Part shown: positions 1 to 8,595 of the stretch, piece by piece | Layout: the number at the start of each line of letters is the position of its first letter | How positions within the stretch are numbered: position 1 is the first letter of the stretch | NCBI GenBank assembly: GCA_043228905.1 | Contig: JBHGNT010000899.1 | Location: 1-14,101 of the forward strand | DNA from: Azolla caroliniana | Lineage: Eukaryota > Plantae > Polypodiophyta | DNA: 14,101 bases | Reading direction: 5' to 3' | Notes under the pieces: model-generated | The model's database searches: none | Seen by the model: only the letters and a program-made list of their open reading frames with translations | Told to the model about the DNA's origin: nothing | Made by a program: the position numbers and the translations under genes

Positions 1-2
1 AC

Positions 3-1823
3 GAGGAGCAGTCCCGACCGGCAAGGGACCGGTTAGCACTCGAGGATCCGGCCGAAGACGGTGAAGAAACCGAACCGACCGAAGAAGATGAAAATGATAC
101 CGGAACCGGCCCCGATCCCGAAATGGATTCGGATGAAGAAGAATCGGAAGAACCGATTACCGAAGCTCCGGAACGGAGATATCCTCTAAGAGAGAGAAGG
201 GCCCCCCGGAGATTTCCGGAACCAGAGCACGTGCTGCTAACCGGCGAGGGGGAGCCGGAGAGCTTTGAAGAAGCAAAACATGACACTCAGAGCCGCAGGT
301 GGTTGAGTGCCATGCAGGACGAGATGGATTCCCTGCATGAGAACCACACATATGAACTTGTGGAGTTGCCGAAAGGAAAGCGGGCACTTCGAAACAAGTG
401 GGTGTTCAAGCTGAAACCGGGAGATGCCGGAAACCCCCCGAGATACAAAGCCAGGATCGTGGTGAAGGGGTTTCAACAGAAGAAGGGCGTCGACTTCGAC
501 GAGATATTTGCCCCGGTAGTGAAGATGACCTCCATCCGGACGGTGCTGAGCATAGCGGCAAGCATGGACCTCGAGGTAGAACAGATGGACGTGAAGACGG
601 CATTCCTTCACGGTGACCTCGAAGAAGAGATCTACATGCAGCAACCGGAAGGATTCGAGAAGAAAGGGAAGGAGCACCTGGTATGCCGGCTGAAGAAGAG
701 CCTTTACGGACTGAAGCAGGCTCCCCGGCAATGGTACCGGAAGTTCGACTCCTTCATGACCGACGAAGGGTACCTCAAAACGCAGTCCGACCACTGCGTG
801 TTTGTGAAGAAGTTCGAAGGAGGAGACTTTCTAATACTCCTCCTGTACGTGGACGACATGTTGATCGTCGGACGGGACCAGGTCAAGATATGGATGCTGA
901 AGAAGGCTCTTCACCGAACCTTCTCAATGAAGAACCTGGGTCCGGCGAGGCAAATACTAGGGATGCACATCATCCGGGACCGGAAGAAGAAGCAGTTGTG
1001 GCTGTCACAGGAGAAGTACGTGACGAAGGTGCTTCACCGGTTCAACATGTCGGAAGCAAGACCGGTCGGATCGACCCTCCCGGCAAACTGCAAGCTGTCC
1101 AGCAAGCAAAGTCCCAAGACAAAGGCTGAAAAGGAGGATATGATGAAAGTGTCGTATGCCTCAGCCGTCGGGAGCTTGATGTACGCCATGGTGTGTACGA
1201 GACCGGACATCGGATATGCAGTCGGAGTTGTGAGCCGGTACATGAGCAATCCCGGCAAAGAGCATTGGAACGCGGCCAAGTGGATACTCCGATACCTGAA
1301 GGGCACGGCGAACGTGTGCCTCCGATTCGGCTCCGGTAAGCCCGAACTCGACGGCTTCACCGATTCGGATATGTCGGCTGATGCAGATACCAGCCGGTCC
1401 ACATCAGGGTATGTGATGACGTATGCAGGGGGAGCTGTTTCATGGCAGTCGAGGCTGCAGAAGACGGTTGCGTTGTCAACCACGGAGGCGGAGTACATGG
1501 CGGCTGTTGAAGCGGGCAAGGAAATAATATGGATGAAGGACTTCATTAGAGAGCTCGGTATCCAACAGGAGGAGTACCGACTCTACTGCGACAGTCAGAG
1601 TGCAATCCACCTTGCGAAGAACGCGGCCTATCACTCCCGGACGAAGCACATCCAGCGAAGATATCACTGGATCCGGGAAAGGATAGAAGACAAGGAGTTC
1701 GTGCTGACAAAGATCCACACGGACGAGAACGGGTCGGATATGCTGACCAAGGTCCTCACACCCGACAAGCTGGAAGCATGCCGGAAGAGGATCGGATTGG
1801 AGAGACATCCCATGCCGAAGTGA
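3..1823 (+). CDS. pol: Ty1/copia Pol C-terminal part (acidic INT-RT linker, reverse transcriptase, RNase H); 5'-partial, Tnt1/Tork-like
   Basis: The frame is open from position 3 to the TGA at 1821-1823. RT motifs: YKARIVVKGF, QMDVKTAFLHG, KSLYGLKQAPRQWY, YVDDML. RNase H motifs: TDSD, TEAEY, CDSQSA, HSRTKHI, ENGSDMLTK. No stops or frameshifts. Confidence 0.97.
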   Translation, partial: EEQSRPARDRLALEDPAEDGEETEPTEEDENDTGTGPDPEMDSDEEESEEPITEAPERRYPLRERRAPRRFPEPEHVLLTGEGEPESFEEAKHDTQSRRWLSAMQDEMDSLHENHTYELVELPKGKRALRNKWVFKLKPGDAGNPPRYKARIVVKGFQQKKGVDFDEIFAPVVKMTSIRTVLSIAASMDLEVEQMDVKTAFLHGDLEEEIYMQQPEGFEKKGKEHLVCRLKKSLYGLKQAPRQWYRKFDSFMTDEGYLKTQSDHCVFVKKFEGGDFLILLLYVDDMLIVGRDQVKIWMLKKALHRTFSMKNLGPARQILGMHIIRDRKKKQLWLSQEKYVTKVLHRFNMSEARPVGSTLPANCKLSSKQSPKTKAEKEDMMKVSYASAVGSLMYAMVCTRPDIGYAVGVVSRYMSNPGKEHWNAAKWILRYLKGTANVCLRFGSGKPELDGFTDSDMSADADTSRSTSGYVMTYAGGAVSWQSRLQKTVALSTTEAEYMAAVEAGKEIIWMKDFIRELGIQQEEYRLYCDSQSAIHLAKNAAYHSRTKHIQRRYHWIRERIEDKEFVLTKIHTDENGSDMLTKVLTPDKLEACRKRIGLERHPMPK

Positions 1824-1831
1824 AGGGGGAG
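1822..1831 (+). promoter_or_regulatory. Polypurine tract of the copia element
   Basis: GAAGGGGGAG overlaps the pol stop codon and ends 2 nt before the LTR-initial TG at 1834. Confidence 0.9.
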
Positions 1832-1833
1832 TT

Positions 1834-2437
1834 TGTTGGGATTTCGGTCCCTTTTGGATGGGATGGTCGGATATCTGAGATGGATGCCGACAAGCCCGGT
1901 TTCGGTTTCGGATCCGGATGACGAAGACCCCGGCTTCGGTACCGGATGACGAATGTACCCGGAGAGCGATCCGGATGCAGGGACATATCCGTGAATATGT
2001 TCGCTATGGGCCCCTGAGGCTACAGTTGTAAATAGCCCAAAGTCATATAAGTATAAATATGACTTAGGGCAAATAGTTTTGGTGTTGCTTCTTATTTTTC
2101 TGTTTTTCACTTTAGAGGAGTAAAGAGAGAGCAGCCGTGAGAGAGATAGAGCGCGAGAGAGGAAGAGGTAGACGCCTCTGTGTATTTCCGCCGCCTGTGG
2201 CGAGGACAGCGAGCTCAAGGTCGTCGCCTTGCAGCTCGCCATTGTATACTTCTCTGTATAGTGTTGGGTTGGAGTCTTGTACTCCCATGGTTTTTCCCGT
2301 CTGGGTTTTCCACGTTAATTCCTGTGTACTCGCGCGTTTTTGTTTCTCCGTGTGGTTCCTATTTTCTACTGCATTGATCCGCGATTACTCGGTTGTGGCC
2401 GAGTGAAGAAGGTGAATCGAAGCGTCGATTCCCAACA
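1834..2437 (+). mobile_element. 3' LTR of the copia element (604 bp)
   Basis: Termini TGTTGGGA...TCCCAACA form an 8-bp inverted repeat. It follows the PPT, has TATAAAT at about 2052, and is homologous along its length to solo LTR 6094-6744. The flank GAAAG (2438-2442) is the expected TSD. Confidence 0.93.
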
Positions 2438-4326
2438 GAAAGCCCACGGACCCGATTCCGGAGAACTCGGCATTTGGGCCCGTATGCCCATGTAAGACCG
2501 AGGAGATGGATGGCGGTACCGAGGAGTCCTGGCACGATGCCAGCGAAGTCGGATGGGAAACGGCCTGCGAGGAGGCCGAGGACGGACGCGGCACGAGAAG
2601 ATCGGCATTCCGATACGGGTGGAGCGTAATCCGGTCGTGGATCGTTCGATCGGGGCCGGAGTCGGCATGAAAGTGCCGATACGGAAGGGGGTGTGGGACG
2701 AGCCGCCCTCTTTTAAATGGGGAGAAAGACCGACCGGGCGAAGGTCGAGATTACGGACGAGAACCAGGCGGAGCGGACTCCCGGATAACCATTCCGGGAG
2801 GGAGGAAGAGAGCAGGCCTAAGAAGAGGCCGAGGACACGGTACGTCGGTACCACGGGAGAGGGTGCGGAGTAAACCACCCTCTCGGCATGAGGAAAAGGA
2901 CGACCCGGGACAGGGTCAGGAAGACAAATCGGGGAGGCCTACGGAGGATCCTTCACACCGGTACTAGAGACTTCGGCAGTCGGCAACGCGGTCGACGTAA
3001 GACCAAGATACTGACGGTGGCGGCGAGGAAACATGAGACCGAGAGAGAAGGTTGGTGGCGGCGGGAAACGGGACCCGGCTACGCGGAAGGCACGAGGAGA
3101 GTCCGGGAGGGACTCAAACAAAAGACACCCGACTTTCGGCAAGCATAGAAACGGAGTCCGGTCCTATGGGACCCTCACACTGATCCGGAGACTCCGGCAG
3201 TTCGGCCAACGTGGCAACGTAAGACCGAGGGAGAAGGACGGTGGCGACAGGGAACGGGACTCGACGACACGAGGTTCAGAAGGAGCCGGTAGGGGCAAAC
3301 ACGGAGAGGTGTGTCGGGCCGGAAAGGCACACCTAGAACAAAACAAGAGTCTCGCAAATGGCCATCGCGGGCCGGATCGAAGCGTGACTACGGGACGGTG
3401 TTCGGCGCGGGCGGGGCTGAACGAAGGAAGCGGAAGACGGCACAAGGGAGGTGCCGGGAACAAGGTGACAAGTGCCTAGTGGACTGCACAGGATCGGAGT
3501 CAGGATGGCAAGAGAGGCCGGAGGAGGATCCTCCACACTCGCTTCGTAGATCTCGGTAGCTCCGTCGAAGTAACAAAGACTGACACGGCAAGCCGGGGTG
3601 ACAAGCTGGTGGGGGCGAGGGGACAACGGCAAGCGGAAGACTCAGGACCTGTTGCAGCAGCACGAAGACGGGAAGGGCCAAGCGGGCTACTACGGGGTGT
3701 TCCTCGGATGCAGAGGACACCCGTATGCGGGTGAGCGGCGATGCACGATCTGGCCGGAAAGGGGCCGATGAGGCGTGCAATAAACCGGAGTGCGACATAG
3801 GCAGTGCCAAACAACAGGTGAGAGTACATGGCACACGGAGGTGCCGAAGTGGAAAGGCGAGCGCAGAGAACGTCAGAAAGGGATCCTCCACACCGTTCCG
3901 GAGACCATGGCAGTTCGAGCCGACGAGGCGATGTAAGACCATGGAGAAGGAAGGTGGCGGCGGAAGGACGAAGGCGACGCGAAACACCATCGGGACATCA
4001 CGATTCGACAACGGAGGCCAAGCGGGTTGCCATGGGCATTCCTCTAGCGGAGGACATTGGGCATATGGTGGGAAGCGGGGCGTTCATACGGCCGAACAAG
4101 GGCCAACGGAAGAACGAGTGCTACGGAGATCGCGGCAGAGGACCCATCGATGGATCAAACGAGCCTACAGGGAGGCGAGTGTGAAGGAAGACTTGAAGCT
4201 GCCGGATCAAACCGGCAGCGAGCCGAGATGCGGATCACGGGAGACCGGTTTCTCGCCGGCCGAAATCTCTCACCCTTCAGCCAGATTTGGCATGTACCGG
4301 TGGACGTGCAGTTAGGTGGGGGCGGA
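2438..4326 (+). mobile_element. Internal region of a pol-less (non-autonomous) Ty3/gypsy-derived element, interrupted at its 5' side by the copia insertion
   Basis: GC/purine-rich with no RT or INT motifs. It carries about 5 copies of a ~90-bp module homologous to the minus strand of 9973-10335. It ends with hairpin 4290-4309 and PPT AGGTGGGGGCGGA (4314-4326), matching the minus strand of 9237-9277 and 12334-12374. Confidence 0.72.
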
Positions 4327-5050
4327 TGTCGTGAAGAATTTCGGCCATAGGCGAAAACTGGGAAACATTGTCTACATCGGCGGGGTGCAGCATGTGTACG
4401 CACCCATGTACATTTGGTGTGAATATCGAGGGCGCCTTTATGGCGCCGAAGGGTAGTCAAGTCGGGACAGACGATCCCATGAAAGTCAGGATTTGTCCCA
4501 CATTGTAACGCGTCCCTCTCCTTGTTCTATAAAAGGGAGGGAACGCCCTTTGTAAAAGGGTTGCCCATTTTTGCATTTAGAGGGTATACCGGTAGGTTTA
4601 GGGTTAGGTTTCTTCTGCTTCTTCTTCTTTCCCTTCGTGTTCGCTTAGGGTTTGCTTCAGCTCATCTCCTGCCCAAGACCCCGCTCGGCGCGACGAGCCC
4701 GTGAGCTCCCCGACGGCGGCTTGGCAGCAGACGACTACTATAACCTACCTCAGCCCGGCTCGAAGACGGGAGTGTATTCTCCTTATATATATATACATAT
4801 ACGTTTGTGTCTGTCTGTGTATATTGGCGTCTTGTTGGTGTCGGGTGCTCCACTCCTTCCCTGCATTTCCTGTACATAAGGGCGTGAGTCGGGTCGGGTT
4901 GTGTGTGCGTGAGTCGGTGTTAAGCACGCTCTCTCTCTCTCGCTCTCTCTCCCTTCGGTTGCTTCCGGTGTGTTTCTGAGATGCCCCAGAAGCCGTGAAG
5001 CACGGCTTCCTACGCTCCGTCGCTCCCTAGTCCAAGACCCCCGTGGTCCC
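4327..5050 (+). mobile_element. 3' LTR of the gypsy-derived element, probably truncated near its end
   Basis: Starts TGTCGTGAAGAATTTCGGC directly after the PPT (compare TGTCGTGATGATTTTCGGC at 9236, minus). TATAAAA at 4528-4534. The end CCTAGTCCAAGACCCCCGTGGTCCC resembles the minus strand of 11466-11491. It abuts copia integrase codons at 5051 with no terminal CA. Confidence 0.72.
4784..4801. repeat. (TA)n microsatellite inside the LTR
   Basis: TATATATATATACATATA. A (CT)n tract also lies at about 4929-4951. Confidence 0.7.
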
Positions 5051-6028
5051 GCTAAAGCATTTTGCATTGGGGTATAGGGAATGAGCCATTGGTTTCTGTT
5101 AAGAATTAGGTGATTAACTACGGGTAAATTATTACCTAATTATGTGATTAAGTTAAACGCGAAAGATTATGTGATATGTGTGTGTATGTGTGTGAGAGGA
5201 AAAGAGAGAGGAAGATACATTTATGAACAACATAAGATGGGGGATGATTAACTCTATATTAAATCAGCATTATCATCATCAAATATAAAAATACCCACAA
5301 TGAGGTATATATACATCTCATGTGCAAAGGTGCACATGTGTGACTAGAATATAGGTACTAAGGTGTATGTCCTATATTAAATGTAGTTAGGAGTGGAGGA
5401 TCTAGAATATCCCACTTAAGTACAAGGTCCTATTTAAGGCGTTATAGTCAACACTCCTAACCAGATTCTATTTAGGTAACTACGAAGTTACATGGTTGAC
5501 TAAATAACTAAACTAAGTTGAACTTGATTTCTCAACAGTTTCTAATCCCTTTGTCTCACAAATACATTGTGAAGGCTTTAGAGGTATATTCTCCTCTATT
5601 GTCCGACCATAGCGTCTTCATTTTGTGTCCGGATCGGTTTTTGATTTTGGACAGCCACCGAGCGAAAACCTCTAGCATTTCGTCCTTGGACTTAATTGAA
5701 TAAGCCTAGAATTTAAGTGTACAATCATCGAATAAGTACCACGTGCGTCATAGAGGTCTTTTGGGCATTGGCCCACATATATTGAACCATGGATAAGCTC
5801 CAGGGGCTTTTTACTGTCTCATAATGAGGGCTTCAGGTCTGTTTCTCGTATCAGCAATGCTCGCAGAAGTCGGTTTCAACATGGTTGAGCTTTTGTATGT
5901 AGTTGATTGCCGATAGACGTTCAAGTTCAGCTTATGATGATCAATGTGAGTGGGTACAGATTGTTGTACTTTACGCCATGGCCGATTCGAACATTTCCAT
6001 TTGTGATCATCCATTTCAACTCACTCAG
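5051..6028 (-). pseudogene. pol: Decayed Ty1/copia pol fragment (GAG-pre-integrase region, Zn-binding CxxC, rve core), split by solo LTR 5097-5537
   Basis: Hand translation of the minus strand gives KWMITNGNVRIGHGVKYNNLY, FCEHC*YEKQT, KPLELIH, GPMP, DDCT, KSKDEMLEVF, KTLWSDNRGEYTSKAF and DKGIRN. After removing the solo LTR and one TSD it continues QWLIPYTPMQNALA, matching the copia PYTPQQNGVAER motif. Stops and frameshifts are present. Confidence 0.88.
5097..5537 (-). mobile_element. Solo LTR (441 bp) with 5-bp TSD GTTTC
   Basis: Termini TGTTAAGAA...TTCTCAACA (8/9 inverted repeat). GTTTC is present at both 5092-5096 and 5538-5542. The integrase frame rejoins across it. Its minus-strand start TGTTGAGAAATCAAGTTCAAC resembles the LTR starts at 7113(-) and 8596(+). 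Confidence 0.92.
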
Positions 6029-6093
6029 TGTTGTGTAAAACAATACGTTACACCGAGTACACAGTCGGTGTTCGGAAACTCGACAGTTAGGTA

Positions 6094-6744
6094 TGTTAGG
6101 AAACAGGTCCCACCAGATGGTGAAGACCCGGTGAGAACTGGATGAAGAGTACCCGGCTACGGAGAGCCGGATGGTGCAGACCCGGTGAGAACCGGATGAG
6201 GAGTACCCGGAAACGGAAGACCCGGTGAGAATCGGATGACGAGTACCCAGCAAGCGCCGGATGATGCAAGCCCGGTGAGGAGTGCTCACCGGATGAAGAG
6301 CTATATTCGTAAATATGTTTCTGAGAGTCCATCGTGGCTATATTTGTAAATAGCCGAAGAGTCATATTAGTATAAATATGACTTAGGGCAAACTCTTTCG
6401 AAAGTGCTCATTCTTGTTGGTGCAAGACTAGAGAGCGCATAACAGTGTACACAGAGAGAGAGAGAGAAAGAGGAAGAGGTCGTTGCCTCTGTTGTAACTG
6501 TTGCCTGTGGCGAAGATAGTAAGCTCGAGGTCGTGGCCTCGGTGCTTTTCTATTGTACATTCTGATATAGTGATTGTTTGCGGTCTGTGGGCTGCCATGG
6601 TTTTTCCCGAGTTTGGGTTTTCCACATAAACATCTTGTGTACTCTTCTCTCTATTGTGTTGTGCTTTTATTCCCTATTTTCTGTGTTTGATTCTAGGCTC
6701 GGTTGTGACCGAGCGCTGTTTATCGGAGCGTGTAGTTCCTGTCA
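6094..6744 (+). mobile_element. Solo LTR (651 bp) related to copia LTR 1834-2437, with 5-bp TSD AGGTA
   Basis: Termini TGTTAGGAA...TTCCTGTCA. AGGTA is present at both 6089-6093 and 6745-6749. Blocks shared with 1834-2437 include TTGTAAATAGCC, AGTATAAATATGACTTAGGGCAAA, CCATGGTTTTTCCCG, GGGTTTTCCAC and CTCGGTTGTG. Confidence 0.95.
6125..6250 (+). repeat. Three copies of a 32-bp U3 repeat
   Basis: Consensus GACCCGGTGAGAACCGGATGANGAGTACCCGG at 6125-6156, 6179-6210 and 6219-6250. Confidence 0.88.
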
Positions 6745-7226
6745 AGGTAAACACAGAGAATGGTTAGAGAGTGGGATAGAGCAAAAAACAACTTCTATTA
6801 CAAATAATGAACACTCGGTACATACATTGTGCCCAATGAGCACTTTTTATACAAGCCCCGGACGAAAATGGGGTGACACAAGTACCATCAGTACTTGGAT
6901 GCTCATAAATGAGCTTGACACTAATTATTCCTATAATATTCCTATTTACTATAATAGGAATATAGGCCCTCAATGGCCTTTCAGAATCCTTCCGACTCGG
7001 CTCACCAGAATCGAACTCTATTCGATTTGATTTGGATGCCGGCTCTCGGCCCTTGGCCCTTGGCCCTCGGCTTCTTCAGTTGATTCAGCCCATGTTGAGC
7101 TTGTCTCTCAACACTCCCTCCCAAGCTCAACTTGAGGTCCCACCGTGTCAGCTCTGGCTAGTTCATCACTCCATCCTCTTGTCCTAGTGTCCCGACGCCA
7201 CGCTCGTGCTCCTCGTCCAGTCTGGT

Positions 7227-7914
7227 TGTTATCTATGGGACAAAGGTTAGGAAGTGTGAAACGAATTTAAAAGAAAAGTAGAGAAAAAGAAGAAGCACGC
7301 GTGGATATGAGGAGCACAGTAGAGAAAAAGTCTCATTATTTCCTCGTCAGATATCCAAATTAGAAAAGAAAAGATGCATAAGAAAGCTAACCCAAAGAGT
7401 TTTCCAAGAATATCTTGCATGTGAAATTTGAGGCTAGAAAACAGAAATAGGCAGGAAAAGGAAAGTTGACTCATATAGACAAACGTTTTTTTAGGGGAAA
7501 AAGACAAGAAATCCTAAACCTATAAATAAGAGCCTATTCTAGTGAAGAAAGGGGGAGGGAGAAGGAACGTGGAAGCTCTACTCAATTGGAAAGCGGAAGA
7601 AGAAGGACCAACAACATCGAGAGTCATCATCAACAAAGAAACTCTTTCTATATTCCACTCTCTTCTTTCCTTCACCTCTCTTCCCCCATTCCTTTATAAA
7701 CAATGCTTCATATTCGCATCAAACCCATTGTAACATGATCCTTATATTATAAAAGAATCTATTATATTGATATAAACTAATGTTTTCTTTCATCTACTTG
7801 TCTTATGTGTAAATCTTGATTGTGCTTATTTGTTTGTGTGTCTTGTGACAAGGGAGCGTTTCGGGCTTGCCCATGCACCTCTCCTTTCACAAAGGCATTC
7901 AAACCTACGTAACA
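7227..7914 (+). mobile_element. Probable solo LTR (about 688 bp) inserted in the copia gag region
   Basis: Termini TGTTA...TAACA. CCTATAAAT lies at 7519-7527, followed by CT-rich and TG-rich R/U5-like sequence. Gag codons stop abruptly at 7915. The flanks CTGGT and TTGTT match only 3/5, so a TSD is not confirmed. Confidence 0.55.
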
Positions 7915-8580
7915 TTGTTCGGATGTCGGGAAGAACTTCTTCCTCAACTGTTCGGTCAGTTAACCGAACCTTGTACTATGTAGGCATCACTTGCCGAATC
8001 ATGTACAAATGATTTCCTCTGAGGAACTTTGTCAAAATTGAGCTCGTCACTTCAGAGTACTTCATTGCGGTAGCCAACGCATTGCACATGGTAGTGACGA
8101 AGGTTTCCCACGATAGAGGGAGACTACTCATTAGCAACATAGCTTTCAACTCATCTTCAATCATCGTCCCCTGAGCCGAAATTTGGGAGTTAAAACTTTT
8201 GTACTCATTGAGGTGTGGCTGGACCAAATCAGACTCTTTCATCCAAAGGTTATAGAGGCGTTGGATCAAATATATCTTGGTGGCGGCTACCTTCTTCTCA
8301 TAAGTGTCTGATAGTGTTTTCCATAATTCGAAAGTTGTCGTACATGACGGCACTGTGTAGTAGATGGATTCGGACAGGTGCATCTGAATGGTGGCGTGGA
8401 CAATTCAGTCCAACTTCGTCCATTCATTCAACTTATATCCGTCATGAGCATTTTTGCTCTCAATTGGGTCGATCTGACCCTTACTATCAGGTAATCCTAC
8501 ATTTTCTCCTTTCAGAAGTCGAAGTTCAATCCATCAAACTTTCTGAGACTCATCTCTGATGAGCCAGATGTGGATGCCAT
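7915..8580 (-). pseudogene. gag: Ty1/copia gag (UBN2-type) pseudogene
   Basis: The minus strand from ATG 8580 reads MASTSGSSEMSLRKFDGLNFDF*KEKM*DYLI, then ELWKTLSDTYEKK...KIYLIQRLYNLWMKE...HLNEY...LLMSSLPLSWETFVTT, ending in *GRSSSR. Several stops and frameshifts. Confidence 0.88.
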
Positions 8581-8595
8581 TCTAGCTTTGTGTTG

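Larger units (their letters stand above)
6029..7113 (-). mobile_element. 3' LTR (about 430 bp net) of a minus-strand copia-type element, interrupted by solo LTR 6094-6744
   Basis: The minus strand reads PPT GGGAGGGAG (7114-7122) then TGTTGAGAGACAAGCTCAAC. TATAAAAA lies at 6844-6851(-). It ends ...TTTACACAACA at 6029, where copia pol codons begin. The left boundary is slightly ambiguous. Confidence 0.72.

Noticed and set aside
157-1808. Overlapping alternative-frame and antisense ORFs (e.g. 237-794, 1034-1546)
   Set aside because: These are shadows of the GC-rich copia pol and show no independent motifs.
2393-4315. Many 65-207 aa Arg/Gly-rich ORFs as host genes
   Set aside because: They are low-complexity frames in stop-poor GC-rich TE sequence, better explained as frameshifted remains of the repeat-containing ORF.
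6125-6250. 32-bp direct repeats resembling a CRISPR array
   Set aside because: The spacers are only 22 and 8 bp, the repeats sit inside a TSD-flanked LTR, there are no cas genes and the context is eukaryotic.
5927-6289. 120-aa minus-strand ORF as a gene
   Set aside because: It is a chimera across the solo LTR, an LTR end and the copia pol remnant.
8554-8579. TGGCATCC / TGGCTCATCAGAG(-) as a Met PBS
   Set aside because: It reads in frame as the gag N-terminus MASTSGSSE and has no adjacent LTR end.
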